Position numbers and translations under genes: made by a program. Below are positions 6,995 through 16,916 of a stretch of DNA of 64,000 nt, piece after piece. Numbering within the stretch: the first letter of the stretch is position 1; each line of letters opens with the position of its first letter. Under the pieces are notes generated by a model. It was not told the origin of the DNA. It saw nothing but the letters and a program-made list of their open reading frames with translations, and searched no databases. The DNA is from Escherichia coli. Lineage in GTDB: Bacteria > Pseudomonadota > Gammaproteobacteria > Enterobacterales > Enterobacteriaceae. The stretch is from assembly GCF_003018255.1 (NCBI RefSeq), contig NZ_CP027440.1, one strand, 5' to 3'.

Positions 6995-7554
6995 TAAATA
7001 GTCTCCTCTTCATGGCTGTTTGCATACACGTAAATAAACGTCTGCCATGCAGGCTTATAACGGTTCAGAATACATTCCAGCGCACCGCCTTCATAAATAC
7101 GCAGCGGCGTGAGAATATCATCCAGCACATTCATATTCCGGTAGCCGGTTTCACTGTTAATCGTGACAATACTGACCCACTGTGAATCCGGTGATGGCTG
7201 AATATCTATTTCATAACCAAACTCTGCCGCAAACCGGATATAAAATTCACGGTTAAGAGAGGGTTTCATCCGGTATTTATTCCCGGCATAACGCTGACGC
7301 TCCTGAATGGTTGCGCCGGTCATATCACATTCCGGTAACCCCAGATAACGCTCCCAGTCTTCCAGCAGCAGACGGGATGAATCAGGAAAACGTTCTGCCA
7401 GCATCTGGTTACCGGTCCAGGAAACACGCTCCGTGGAATGACTGAGGCCCAGGCACAAAGCCGCAAGAACGGATGACGGCCGCTTATCCCATGCCAGCCC
7501 GTCAGGCAGCAACTGCAACAGGGCACGCTGATGCGGGGTCAGGGTTACAGCCAT
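6994..7554 (-). CDS. Baseplate/tail protein, Mu gp48-like (DUF2313, P2 gpI-like)
   Basis: 186-aa ORF. Sequence LLPDGLAWDK..., and position between the gp47-like gene and the tail fiber. Confidence 0.75.
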   Translation of the reverse strand: MAVTLTPHQRALLQLLPDGLAWDKRPSSVLAALCLGLSHSTERVSWTGNQMLAERFPDSSRLLLEDWERYLGLPECDMTGATIQERQRYAGNKYRMKPSLNREFYIRFAAEFGYEIDIQPSPDSQWVSIVTINSETGYRNMNVLDDILTPLRIYEGGALECILNRYKPAWQTFIYVYANSHEEETI

Positions 7555-8630
7555 GTGATTTCCCCCACGGTCAGCAACTCTGTATCTCCGGCCATCACGG
7601 ACTTCAGCGGGCTGCGAACTTCAAAATCCTCCAGTCCTTTCACCCCTGCAACAGCCCGCCAGAATGATGAAGGCAATACAAGTCCACCCGGCCGCGATTC
7701 GTTATAAAGCAGGTCCGTTAATGCCTGTTTTACGGCAGCCTGATTTTCCGGCGTTTTGGGTACAATCCTGATCTCAAACGCCACCGGCTTATTGGTCAGC
7801 TTAAACACGCTGATTGTCGGCCCAAGTGGCTGACCAACGGGCTGGCCCGTCGCCGGATCATCATGACTGCGGATATAATCCGCCACCCGCTTCACATCAC
7901 CTTCTCCGGGGAAAATGTCAGGGTTATTATCCTGAACAAAAGTCACACCAACACTACCCGCCTCAGGCCATTCAGGCTTACACCATGCCCGCGTCACGCC
8001 CGGTACTTCCCGTGCCCAGCGTTCAAAATCATACTGTGTTCCCCCTGATGGCGGGTTCTGTACCCGGAATACCAGCCTGGACAGCAACTCCGGCACCGTT
8101 TCCACATCCGCACCACCGGTGAGTCCCGTGCCGGTGACCGTGGCTGTCTGGTTGATGCCCGCCTGTGGCGTGATAAAGGACAGGCGGGTTCCGGTCGGGG
8201 TATTTCCAGCGCGCCCCGCACTTTCCGCCTCCACATTAACATTCAGTGTTCCGGCTTTTCCGGTCGCAGAGCCGGTGATGCGGTACACAACACCATCGCT
8301 TCGCTGAAGGAGTACGCCTTCCGTGATCCCTGCATCCGTGGTCAGCATCAGTTGTACCGGTCCGTCAGCGCGGGAAGCCGGTTTACGGATGACACCCCAG
8401 AATGCGCAGTGTTTCAGGAGTTCGGCTTCATCAGCTTCTGTCGGAATTATCTGCCGGGAGATCCAGGCCAGATGTTCATGCTCCTGTGCTGACAGACCCG
8501 CCAGTGCATACGCAATGGCATTCAGGGTGGTTTCATTCACGCCCGGCTGCGAACCGGGCAGGCGCTGGCTGATATCCTGTTGTGTCTGTGTGATCAGTTG
8601 CGCCAGTGGTAAGGGCTGATAAGGCATCAT
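7545..8630 (-). CDS. Baseplate wedge protein, Mu gp47 / P2 gpJ-like
   Basis: 361 aa, in Mu synteny, with overlapping start and stop codons with its neighbours. Confidence 0.8.
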   Translation of the reverse strand: MMPYQPLPLAQLITQTQQDISQRLPGSQPGVNETTLNAIAYALAGLSAQEHEHLAWISRQIIPTEADEAELLKHCAFWGVIRKPASRADGPVQLMLTTDAGITEGVLLQRSDGVVYRITGSATGKAGTLNVNVEAESAGRAGNTPTGTRLSFITPQAGINQTATVTGTGLTGGADVETVPELLSRLVFRVQNPPSGGTQYDFERWAREVPGVTRAWCKPEWPEAGSVGVTFVQDNNPDIFPGEGDVKRVADYIRSHDDPATGQPVGQPLGPTISVFKLTNKPVAFEIRIVPKTPENQAAVKQALTDLLYNESRPGGLVLPSSFWRAVAGVKGLEDFEVRSPLKSVMAGDTELLTVGEITWL

Positions 8631-9064
8631 TCCCCCTTCATATCAGCATAAAAAATCATCGGATGTCTGCTTCCGTCCGGCAGGGTGATTTTCACGGAAA
8701 GCGAAAGGCGAGCATGCCCCACACGCATGGCATGGCATACCACGGATGTGGCAGCACCGCTTTTATGCAGCCACGCCAGCGCTTCATCAGCATAGGCCTG
8801 TGCACGGCTGACCACGGAGGACAGCGTCTTTTCACGGCTTAACAGCCAGAGACGGGAGCCAACGGGGCGCTCCCGGAAACTGTCTCCCCACCATCCCCGA
8901 CGGTCACGGGTGCCGTCAGGGATTTCATCGGAATCCAGCGCCCGCCTGTCCGTAAACAGTGAAATAATGACCGCAGTCAGCAGGCTGTTATCCGTCAGAA
9001 GATCTGCGCCGTTCAGTTGCAGGGAACCGCAACCCTGATCCCAGACGACAGCAATATCAGCCAT
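8627..9064 (-). CDS. Baseplate protein, Mu gp46 / P2 gpW-like
   Basis: The internal start MADIAVVWDQGCGSLQLNGADLL... overlaps the gp45-like stop by 8 nt. The track ORF 8627..9277 is an out-of-context extension overlapping the upstream gene. Confidence 0.75.
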   Translation of the reverse strand: MADIAVVWDQGCGSLQLNGADLLTDNSLLTAVIISLFTDRRALDSDEIPDGTRDRRGWWGDSFRERPVGSRLWLLSREKTLSSVVSRAQAYADEALAWLHKSGAATSVVCHAMRVGHARLSLSVKITLPDGSRHPMIFYADMKGE

Positions 9065-9671
9065 TCTCTGGTCCTCCCGTTTTGCTGCCTTCACCGTTAT
9101 CGTGATGCACATGACCTGAATAGGTGATCCCGGCAATAACCGCTTCGGACATCGTGAACGTCCCCTGTGATCTTCCGGTGCCGTCAATGGACACATTGCC
9201 TTTGACATGCAGGTTCTTATCCACTGTGACATTACCGGTAAAGTGAGCCTCCGGTGTATCCACCTGAACACCTTCATCGGCGTAAATCTCCAGCGTCTTA
9301 CAGGTCACAATGATCCGGCCGTTCTTTGTCAGACGTATACGGTGCCCCTCATGGTGATACACGCCGGTATCTCCGGCGGTAAGTCCGGTCGGGCGACTGC
9401 GGCGGTCTTCCACCACAAGCACCACGGCCTGATCCCGTTGTCCGCCAGCACAGGCCAGAAAAACTTCCGCACCAGGCAGGGGGACGCTGATTTGCCCGTA
9501 CTGCTGGGGGCGTTCAACGTCATCAAAGGTTTCACCATCCATACCGGTGATTTGCACATTCTGGATTTTTAGCGTGTCCGTTGTGCCGGTCAGTACACCA
9601 CGCCCGAACAGCAGACGAACACCCCGCATTACGGGGGCCAGAAGGCGGCTGATGACTTCGTCATTCATCAT
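9057..9671 (-). CDS. Baseplate spike/assembly protein, Mu gp45 / P2 gpV-like
   Basis: 204 aa with a gpV-like OB-fold N-terminus and a C-terminal HVHH motif region. In Mu synteny. Confidence 0.8.
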   Translation of the reverse strand: MMNDEVISRLLAPVMRGVRLLFGRGVLTGTTDTLKIQNVQITGMDGETFDDVERPQQYGQISVPLPGAEVFLACAGGQRDQAVVLVVEDRRSRPTGLTAGDTGVYHHEGHRIRLTKNGRIIVTCKTLEIYADEGVQVDTPEAHFTGNVTVDKNLHVKGNVSIDGTGRSQGTFTMSEAVIAGITYSGHVHHDNGEGSKTGGPENG

Positions 9672-10785
9672 TGAATTTAATCCCCTGTTTTTTCATCTGT
9701 GCCCGCACGAAGGCGTCCACGTCACCCGCATTTCCGCTTCCGCTGTTTCCCGGCTCTGCCGGAACAATAAAGCCGTCACGGGGTGCCAGAATCAGACGGG
9801 TGGTTTCGCCGTGATTTGCATCCAGCGAAAACTCCACCTGACAGACAAGAAGATCACGCTCTTCCACTCCGGTGCGGGGAGCCGTGACAGCCGTCAGCAG
9901 GTTGATATCCCACAACTGGCCGTTCTCCCGAAACCAGTGCCGCACGGTGGCTGTCAGGCGCACAGAGCGGGCAACCGCCCGGCGCATTTCTCGGACAGCC
10001 CTCTGGCGTGCACCGTCTGCATCAACAGCATGATCCGCCAGCACAATTTTCGGTCTGTAACGGTGGATGGCACTGTCTGTCACCGTACCAACGGGTGCGG
10101 CCAGCGTTCCGGCTGTCAGTGCATCCCCGGCATGACCACCACCACGCCCGTGCCCCCGTACACGGTATTCACTGTGGCGCAGACGGTGATCCACGTTGTG
10201 ATCCAAATCCAGCAGATTTTCGCCCAGCGTCAGCGTGTCGCCACGCTGACTGCCGGCCTGAGTGAAAACCAGTTCACCGGCGGCATTACTGGTTACCAGG
10301 ACGCCTCTGTGTCTCGCGGCCCGTGTCAGCGCATCTGCCACGGTTTCTGAGTTTTCCAGTGTGAAGGTGGAAAAGGGCCGGGCTGCCGTTGCATCATTTA
10401 CCTGCCAGCGCACCGTGACCCCGAACGGAGCACACAAATCTGAAGCAATGTGCTCCAGCGTGCGGTTCCTCCACTGGCTGCCCGGATGAATGGCTGAACA
10501 GTCCACCAGGTCACCGGTTTTATCCCGTCCGCTGAGCGTGATCTGAAAACGCGTGGCGCTGATGCGCTGCCGGACCTGATCCAGCCAGCCAGTGATCACA
10601 GGCTGACCGTCAATGCGCAATTCCAGAGACTGACCGGCACGGACGGATGACGGAAGGCGTACACCGGGCATCATTACCCCCAGTTCAAAGGAGCCCGCCA
10701 GATGTTCAAGAGAGCGACGAACACTCACCGTCAGCCAGCCGGAAAAAATCTCACCGCCCAGATACAGTTCAACCCTGCTGCTCAC
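9661..10785 (-). CDS. Tail/baseplate hub protein P (Mu gp44, P2 gpD-like)
   Basis: 374 aa, MSSRVELYLGGEIFSGWLTVSVRRSLE... In Mu synteny after N. Confidence 0.8.
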   Translation of the reverse strand: MSSRVELYLGGEIFSGWLTVSVRRSLEHLAGSFELGVMMPGVRLPSSVRAGQSLELRIDGQPVITGWLDQVRQRISATRFQITLSGRDKTGDLVDCSAIHPGSQWRNRTLEHIASDLCAPFGVTVRWQVNDATAARPFSTFTLENSETVADALTRAARHRGVLVTSNAAGELVFTQAGSQRGDTLTLGENLLDLDHNVDHRLRHSEYRVRGHGRGGGHAGDALTAGTLAAPVGTVTDSAIHRYRPKIVLADHAVDADGARQRAVREMRRAVARSVRLTATVRHWFRENGQLWDINLLTAVTAPRTGVEERDLLVCQVEFSLDANHGETTRLILAPRDGFIVPAEPGNSGSGNAGDVDAFVRAQMKKQGIKFNDE

Positions 10786-12139
10786 TAATCACCTCCACTG
10801 AATGGCCTCCGGGAATGAACAGCGGATCAACAATACCGTTACGGCGCACAAAACGTTGCCAGCCGGTACTGTTCCCGGTGGCACGGTACAGGGTCACCAG
10901 TGCAGGCTCGGTGGTACGTACAGTCACTACTGTTGCACCGGGTAGCTGAACTCCCCGTGTATTCAGATCCTCTGTCAGTGCCAGTCTGGCATCACGAAGC
11001 GTCAGCGCCGTGGCGGTATACCCCTGCCCGGACAGTGTCATCACCTGCCGTTCGAGCGCTTCGCTTAAGTCACGGTTAATGCGCTGAAGATCAACTGAAC
11101 TTTCCAGCCAGACAGGCCAGGTACGGTGGGCTGCGTCACTGTCCGGCAGGGTTTCCTGACTGAGAACCTGATCCAGCAGTTTTCCCACGGTCTGTGCCTG
11201 GGCCACCACGGCAGCACTCTGCATTACCGCCCGTATCAGACGAATATTCTTTTGTGCTGCCGGTGTCAGACCGATGAGAGTCTGCGGATTATCCTGCTCA
11301 TCCAGCACGTAACGCAGGGAAGATAATGTCCTGTACAGTTGCGGCATTCCCTGAGAGACGGCGGATGTCGTCCGGCCGATACTGCCACCGGGCCGGGTAT
11401 TCAGGCCTCCTGAAGACAGTGACGGCAGCGATGGCAGGGTGATCAGGGCACTGAAAAGCCCCGCAAAAGATGAGGCCATGCGGGAAGGTGCTGTCAGTAA
11501 TGCCGTGGCATTCCCTTTCAGCGCCGTGAACGTGGCAGTAAAGGCACTGATATCCTGTACAATCCCCATGCCGGAAACGGCATTTTCCAGGGCGGACACC
11601 TTATCGCTGATGGTTTCGGTCATTGCCTGGACATCGTGCATTCCGTCAGAAATCACCGTCCAGCCCGCTTCCAGGGTTTCAAAAACCTTCCCGAGCGCGG
11701 TGGTACTCTTCTGCTCCAGAATGGCGGCCGTGTCCTGTGTGACAGCAGGTGCGGTATCATCACTTACCGGCGTGACATTAATGGTGAACTCAACCACGCC
11801 CTGTTCAGCAGCGTTATAACGACTTTCAAAGCTGTTTATCAGCACATTTAACGTGCCGTAATCCGGGTGAAGCAGCTCCCCGGCACCGGGAGCACGAAGG
11901 GCATCACGCAGACGATTTCGCTGTGTCTGAACATCATCCCCCATCACAAGTACACTGAACGTAAATTCAGCCAGTTTAGGTCCCAGATCGTCTGCACCAC
12001 CGGTTTCCCGTAACGGATATTCCCGACGGACAATGTTTCGCCCGCCACGTTCGCGCTGCTCACGCCAGACGAGGAACGGCACACCACGGAACGCACCACG
12101 ACCGTCACCAGAGGCCATAATTCCCTCCGTTCCAGACAT
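10769..12139 (-). CDS. DNA circularisation protein N (Mu gp43-like)
   Basis: 456 aa. The N-terminal FRGVPFLVWREQRERGGRNIVRREYP motif is typical of the DNA_circ_N family. Confidence 0.8.
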   Translation of the reverse strand: MSGTEGIMASGDGRGAFRGVPFLVWREQRERGGRNIVRREYPLRETGGADDLGPKLAEFTFSVLVMGDDVQTQRNRLRDALRAPGAGELLHPDYGTLNVLINSFESRYNAAEQGVVEFTINVTPVSDDTAPAVTQDTAAILEQKSTTALGKVFETLEAGWTVISDGMHDVQAMTETISDKVSALENAVSGMGIVQDISAFTATFTALKGNATALLTAPSRMASSFAGLFSALITLPSLPSLSSGGLNTRPGGSIGRTTSAVSQGMPQLYRTLSSLRYVLDEQDNPQTLIGLTPAAQKNIRLIRAVMQSAAVVAQAQTVGKLLDQVLSQETLPDSDAAHRTWPVWLESSVDLQRINRDLSEALERQVMTLSGQGYTATALTLRDARLALTEDLNTRGVQLPGATVVTVRTTEPALVTLYRATGNSTGWQRFVRRNGIVDPLFIPGGHSVEVISEQQG

Positions 12140-14180
12140 TCACATCCAGTCCGTGACCGGACGTGTCATCAATATCAATACTGCGAGCCTGCCACCCTTC
12201 CGGGGCAACCAGCTCCACACGGGCAGAGGCTTTTTGTACCGCCTGTCCACTGCTTTCATCATCACTGCCCCGTAATTTCTGCCAGGCTTCAGTCAGCCAT
12301 CCCCCCAGATAGTTACCGAGATAGCTGCCCACCGTAGAACCAATGGCAATCCCCACAGGTCCGGCTGCCGCCCCCAGCGCACCACCGGCAATACTGCCTG
12401 CAAGAGAGCCGACCGCTTCTCCCTTGTCTGTGGCACTGGCGCTGCCATCCAGCAGAACCGGGGCTGCCATCGCGCCAGCCCACAGGGCACCTCCACCCAG
12501 CCGGCCGGCCAGTCCACCGGCACTGCGGAAAAAGCCGGAGAAACGCCCCAGCCCCATGCGGCTACCGACAGACGAAAGTAACCCACCGGCGCGCCCCATC
12601 ATGCGCCCCCAGAACCCTGCCCCACCAGAAGAGGGAGACGGTGGCACTGGGGACGGTGGCAGGGGAGGCGTGACCGGTCTTCCGCGCCCCGGTCCGCGTT
12701 TCCTGCGGCCCCGCCCCTGACGTCCGCCTGAGGATGTATCGGTCGCGCCGGTGCCGGACAGTCCTCCTGTGGGCCAGTTTGTTACAAGTACTGGCTGAAC
12801 GGCTGCCGGATTTACCCCGGTAAGAAAGTTTATAAAACGTTGCCCTCGTCCCTGAGATGTGCCTGGTGGTGTTCCGGCCGGAGGAGAGCGCCGGAAAGGT
12901 GAAGTCAGGAAGGCCGCCGCTGATAATCCGTATCCCAGCAATGCAGCACCCGGACGTATAATCCCCGTTCCGACAGCCCGCGCCATTTTCAGGGCACGGG
13001 TGGCGAGATACATGTACAGCAGGTATTTCGCGGCAGTCTGTGCCCCCTGACCAATGCGATCCAGCGCATCACCATAGCCCGCATCCCGCAGAGCCTGAAG
13101 CGTGTCGCGTACCTTTCTGATCGCCTGATAAAACCCTGTCACTGCATCACGGGCATACTCAAAGCCCTGGTTCATGGCTGATGCCGTGCTTTCCGCCAGG
13201 GAATGGTAACTGCCATCAGATTTGGCACTGTCAACCCATGAAAGAAATCCCCTGAGATTACCCTTCAGTTTTTCAAATGGCCCACTGTCCATCACATCCC
13301 GGGCAAACTGGTCCCAGACGTCACCCATCATGGCCGTCAGGCCACTCCAGGAATTCATTGCGTCCTTTTGTGCTCCCCTGGCCTGTTCCGCCAGCGTCTG
13401 AAATAACAGGCGAATACTGTCCGGCCCAAGCAGCCCTTTTTCACCAAGTTTTCTGACCACTTTCTGGTCCACACCCAGACGATCAGCCAGCACGCGGTAG
13501 GCATTAATGCCGTAGGTGGCAAGAATATTTGCATCCGCCGCCTGAATACTGCCTCTTGCATACATCTGTTTCAGTTGCAGGGATGCCCCCTGTGCATCGG
13601 ACAGTGACCAGCCGCCCACGGCCCCCTGATCCTGAAGCATGGTGACAAAATTTCGGGCCTCCCTGTCACTCATACCAAAGCCCAGACTGGACGTATATTC
13701 CTGCATGACGCCAGCCAGCCCCCAGGTGGTTTCCTTCGCATTCTGTATTGCCCACCTGCGGACATCATCCGTTTTCGCCCGATCCCCTTTGTAAAGGGAG
13801 TTCAGGCGAATCATATAGGTTTCCATCTCCGCTGCCGGGCGAATAAATCCCCGGTTAAAGCCATATACAGCAGCACCACCGGCCAGCATTCCGTAAAGAT
13901 TGCTGATCCGCCCGATGGTGCCGGTAATACTGCCCTGAAGACGGTCAAAATCAGAAGTGACATGGCGGATACTGCCCCGCACCCCGGCCAGCGTGCGCTG
14001 CATCCTGCTTCCGAGTACATCTGTTTCCTGCCCGGCACGGCGGGCAGCATTTCCCAGGCCACCCAGCCCCGCCTGGCCGGAGCGTGAGAATGCCCCCAGC
14101 TCCTGTGACCACTGGCGGGATTTGGCTGAGATATTGCCGAGCAAATCAACTATCAGAGATGCTCTGAGATTTCGGGCCAT
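12105..14180 (-). CDS. Tail tape measure protein
   Basis: 691 aa, helical, with a Gly/Pro-rich and glycine-zipper C-terminal part. It lies downstream of the tube and chaperone genes. Confidence 0.85.
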   Translation of the reverse strand: MARNLRASLIVDLLGNISAKSRQWSQELGAFSRSGQAGLGGLGNAARRAGQETDVLGSRMQRTLAGVRGSIRHVTSDFDRLQGSITGTIGRISNLYGMLAGGAAVYGFNRGFIRPAAEMETYMIRLNSLYKGDRAKTDDVRRWAIQNAKETTWGLAGVMQEYTSSLGFGMSDREARNFVTMLQDQGAVGGWSLSDAQGASLQLKQMYARGSIQAADANILATYGINAYRVLADRLGVDQKVVRKLGEKGLLGPDSIRLLFQTLAEQARGAQKDAMNSWSGLTAMMGDVWDQFARDVMDSGPFEKLKGNLRGFLSWVDSAKSDGSYHSLAESTASAMNQGFEYARDAVTGFYQAIRKVRDTLQALRDAGYGDALDRIGQGAQTAAKYLLYMYLATRALKMARAVGTGIIRPGAALLGYGLSAAAFLTSPFRRSPPAGTPPGTSQGRGQRFINFLTGVNPAAVQPVLVTNWPTGGLSGTGATDTSSGGRQGRGRRKRGPGRGRPVTPPLPPSPVPPSPSSGGAGFWGRMMGRAGGLLSSVGSRMGLGRFSGFFRSAGGLAGRLGGGALWAGAMAAPVLLDGSASATDKGEAVGSLAGSIAGGALGAAAGPVGIAIGSTVGSYLGNYLGGWLTEAWQKLRGSDDESSGQAVQKASARVELVAPEGWQARSIDIDDTSGHGLDVNVWNGGNYGLW

Positions 14181-14182
14181 AC

Positions 14183-14365
14183 TTACTGCTTCGTTCTGAT
14201 GATTTTTTCTGTCTGTCGGCAGTGCCGGTAAAGTTGCGACAGGGGGAGGTTAAGCGCCCATTCCGGACCGCTTTTTGTCACCATCCCCAGGATAATTGCC
14301 GCTTCTTCAATCTGATCCCGACACTGCGCCTGATCGCCCCCGGTCAGCTGCCAGCTTTCCGGCAA
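14183..14365 (-). CDS. Frameshift extension of the tail assembly chaperone (gpT-like part of a G/GT pair)
   Basis: This open frame overlaps the last 59 nt of the chaperone gene, exactly fills the gap to the tape measure start, and has no RBS of its own. It is in the +1 (= -2) frame relative to the chaperone. Confidence 0.5.
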   Translation of the reverse strand: MPESWQLTGGDQAQCRDQIEEAAIILGMVTKSGPEWALNLPLSQLYRHCRQTEKIIRTKQ

Positions 14366-14801
14366 GCGCGGTATCCAGCAGGCTGACCGCTGCCATCAGG
14401 CGGGAGAGATCGCGCTCGCTTAACTGTCCAATCTGACGGGGTGACAACGGACCTTCAATGTCTCCCACTGCGGCAATCTGACGGCGCAGCAGTGCAACAC
14501 CGCGTAACGACGGAGACGCTATCAGCATCGGGCCATTGTTTGTCTCCACCACGCGCTCGGCTTCTGCTTCTGCGTCAATACTGTCTTTCGCTGTCAGTTC
14601 CCGGAACGTGACACGATATTCACGGGTCTCACCAAACGGCAGACCATCAAGCAGATCCACATATCCCTTTGCCAGTTGCTCTGTCAGCCCGGCAGTGCGT
14701 GGATCAGCCCCCTCAAGTGCTTCCCGGATTGCCTCCATCACGGCTGCCTCGGAAACTGCCGTTTTTTTCTTACGTGTGGTCATTTTATTTTTCCTGATCA
14801 C
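14307..14801 (-). CDS. Tail assembly chaperone (Mu gp41-like)
   Basis: 164 aa. It lies between the tube and tape measure genes, and its start overlaps the tube gene stop. Confidence 0.75.
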   Translation of the reverse strand: MIRKNKMTTRKKKTAVSEAAVMEAIREALEGADPRTAGLTEQLAKGYVDLLDGLPFGETREYRVTFRELTAKDSIDAEAEAERVVETNNGPMLIASPSLRGVALLRRQIAAVGDIEGPLSPRQIGQLSERDLSRLMAAVSLLDTALAGKLAADRGRSGAVSGSD

Positions 14802-15163
14802 TGAACACGGGTACTGGTGGCGCTGGCGAACTTCACGGAGATCTCCCCGCCACCGTCAAGCGAGGCCGGTTCACTGCTCCAGGCCTTCGTCATCATGTGG
14901 ACTTCGCCGGTATCCGCCACAAACTCGATAGTGACCGCAGTCCAGTTGTTGATTTCATCAGCGGCTGGTGAGCCTTCTCCGCCTGCCGGAAATTTGCAGT
15001 CCAGCGTCGCTTCACGTGGTTTCTGGCGGTAACCATAGACTTTCGCGCCTTTCACCACTTCACGTTCAAAACCTGACGGAGAAAATGTAGCCCCCTCAAG
15101 CGTCTCGTATTCCTGACCGTTCACACGGATAGTGGCCGTGCCCTGATACTGTTTTCCGCTCAT
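14798..15163 (-). CDS. Tail tube protein (Mu M-like)
   Basis: 121 aa, immediately after the sheath gene. Confidence 0.8.
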   Translation of the reverse strand: MSGKQYQGTATIRVNGQEYETLEGATFSPSGFEREVVKGAKVYGYRQKPREATLDCKFPAGGEGSPAADEINNWTAVTIEFVADTGEVHMMTKAWSSEPASLDGGGEISVKFASATSTRVQ

Positions 15164-15171
15164 GCCTTACC

Positions 15172-16674
15172 TCACAAAATGAAACGGATCTGTGCTGCCA
15201 GGAAGCGGAACTGGTTAACCAGATCCGGCGTGCATAACACGTCAAGACGGTTTCGATCTGACGCATTACGCTCCACAAGCAGATTCTTTTTAAAGGTGTC
15301 CAGATTTTCGACCAGCCCGAGTTCCACCCACTCTTCACCCAGCGAAATTAACTGAAGCTTCATGATCTCCGGCGTCACGATATTCTGACCGGCACGAACG
15401 GGCGTCCCGTCATCAGCCAGTTTATGGCGCGGAAAACGTTGTGTGATAAAAGTACGCAGGGAATAACGCAGCCAGGAGAGGGTGTAGATGGTTTCCACAT
15501 CCAGATAGCTGGGATCACTTTCGCCGTACACGTTCTGGCGATACATGGTCACCTGACGTTCGATCTGAACCACATCACCGGCAGCCACACTGACCGTGGC
15601 AATCCCTCCCCACAGCAGACTGTTACGCTCTTCACGCGTCAGACGATCGGCCGGAGCCGGGGCCATGCGTGACGGAAGCGCCAGCGTCTGAAGCGGACGC
15701 GCAGGATCTGCTCCCAGAGAGGGTGCACAGGTGGCACAGACCGCCGCTGCCCAGAGGTAATCCGGTTCAGGGGCTTTGGGAATGGATGTGCAGGTCGCCA
15801 GAAAATCATTGCGTTTTGCCCCGAATGCCTGCACCTCACCAAACGTGCCGGTATGTGCCAGCCACAGCACGCCGTCAGACATTTTGGCCGGTCCCCAGCG
15901 TTTCAGAAGCTCATCACTGATGATTTTCAGGTTTGCATCATCCTTATAGGGCATGACGACATAGTTGTACTGGCGATCGCCCATCCCCGCCACGCTTCGG
16001 GTGATATCCGGGTTAGCCGCTTTTTGTTTCGGATAGGCTATAGCGACCTGTATTCCTTCCGGGGTTGCTTCCCCGTCGTGATAGTTCAGGCGCACATCAT
16101 GAACGGAGCATTCACCGGTAAAGCGGGCGGTGATCCCCAGAGACCCTTTCAGACCTGCGCCATTATCACCACTTCCTGCACCAGAGGAGGCCGTGAAGGG
16201 CGCGTCAGGATCGGCATTGATCAGCGCGGCCAGCTCGTCGGTCAGTTCTTTGCCTTTCTTACCTTTTGGTGCCGGGAGTGTATAACGCCGCCCCCCCACG
16301 CAGGCATAAACAATCCCGTCACGGGTGACCGTTCCGGTCAGATTCATGGCCGCAGCCGTTGCCTGTCCGGTGCCGTTCCCCTGAGCAATGGCATACAGTT
16401 CAGCATCAGGATTGATGGCGATAAATTCCGCCACCATCAGGGCAATCATGGAACCGCGCCCCCAGAGTTCTGTTGCCTGAGACGCACGGGTGATCCTGAC
16501 CGGAACATCCAGAACACCGGCACCGTCCACGGCATTCTCTTTCATTCTCGCCTGACCAAACAGCAGCACACACTGACGCTGTGCCGGAGTGCCGGTGACA
16601 GCCATGGAGTTATTAAACTCAACCTCAATCAGCGGTATACGGCGGTCATTACCGATCCCGTCAAAATTAATCAT
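15172..16674 (-). CDS. Contractile tail sheath protein (Mu L-like)
   Basis: 500 aa, in Mu synteny. Confidence 0.85.
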   Translation of the reverse strand: MINFDGIGNDRRIPLIEVEFNNSMAVTGTPAQRQCVLLFGQARMKENAVDGAGVLDVPVRITRASQATELWGRGSMIALMVAEFIAINPDAELYAIAQGNGTGQATAAAMNLTGTVTRDGIVYACVGGRRYTLPAPKGKKGKELTDELAALINADPDAPFTASSGAGSGDNGAGLKGSLGITARFTGECSVHDVRLNYHDGEATPEGIQVAIAYPKQKAANPDITRSVAGMGDRQYNYVVMPYKDDANLKIISDELLKRWGPAKMSDGVLWLAHTGTFGEVQAFGAKRNDFLATCTSIPKAPEPDYLWAAAVCATCAPSLGADPARPLQTLALPSRMAPAPADRLTREERNSLLWGGIATVSVAAGDVVQIERQVTMYRQNVYGESDPSYLDVETIYTLSWLRYSLRTFITQRFPRHKLADDGTPVRAGQNIVTPEIMKLQLISLGEEWVELGLVENLDTFKKNLLVERNASDRNRLDVLCTPDLVNQFRFLAAQIRFIL

Positions 16675-16916
16675 TGCGGTTTCTCCTTATCGGATGCCGG
16701 TTGGGCGACCGGTTTTTCTGTCGCAGTCGTTGCATCCGCAGATACAGCCGGAGCCTCTTCAGCGGCTTTTTCAGCCTGAATGACATCGCCGTCATCAAGA
16801 CGCCGACACCAGAACGGCGTAAAGGGCTTTTCCTCCCCCTCCTGTGCCAGCGGGCGCATTGTGTCGGGATCACGAATCAGGCGTCCCGGCGCGGGTTTGA
16901 TAAAGATGGTTTTCAT
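16671..16916 (-). CDS. Mu gp38-like small protein (DUF2635-like)
   Basis: 81 aa, MKTIFIKPAPGRLIRDPDTMRPL..., upstream of the sheath gene. Confidence 0.65.
   Translation of the reverse strand: MKTIFIKPAPGRLIRDPDTMRPLAQEGEEKPFTPFWCRRLDDGDVIQAEKAAEEAPAVSADATTATEKPVAQPASDKEKPQ

Noticed and set aside
9547-10350. Long plus-strand ORFs antisense to prophage late genes (for example 9547..10350, 15853..16779, 19237..19800, 23462..24061, 25777..26370)
   Set aside because: They lie fully inside well-supported minus-strand structural genes in GC-rich DNA. They have Arg/Ser/Pro/Cys-rich low-complexity translations and no RBS. They are typical shadow ORFs.
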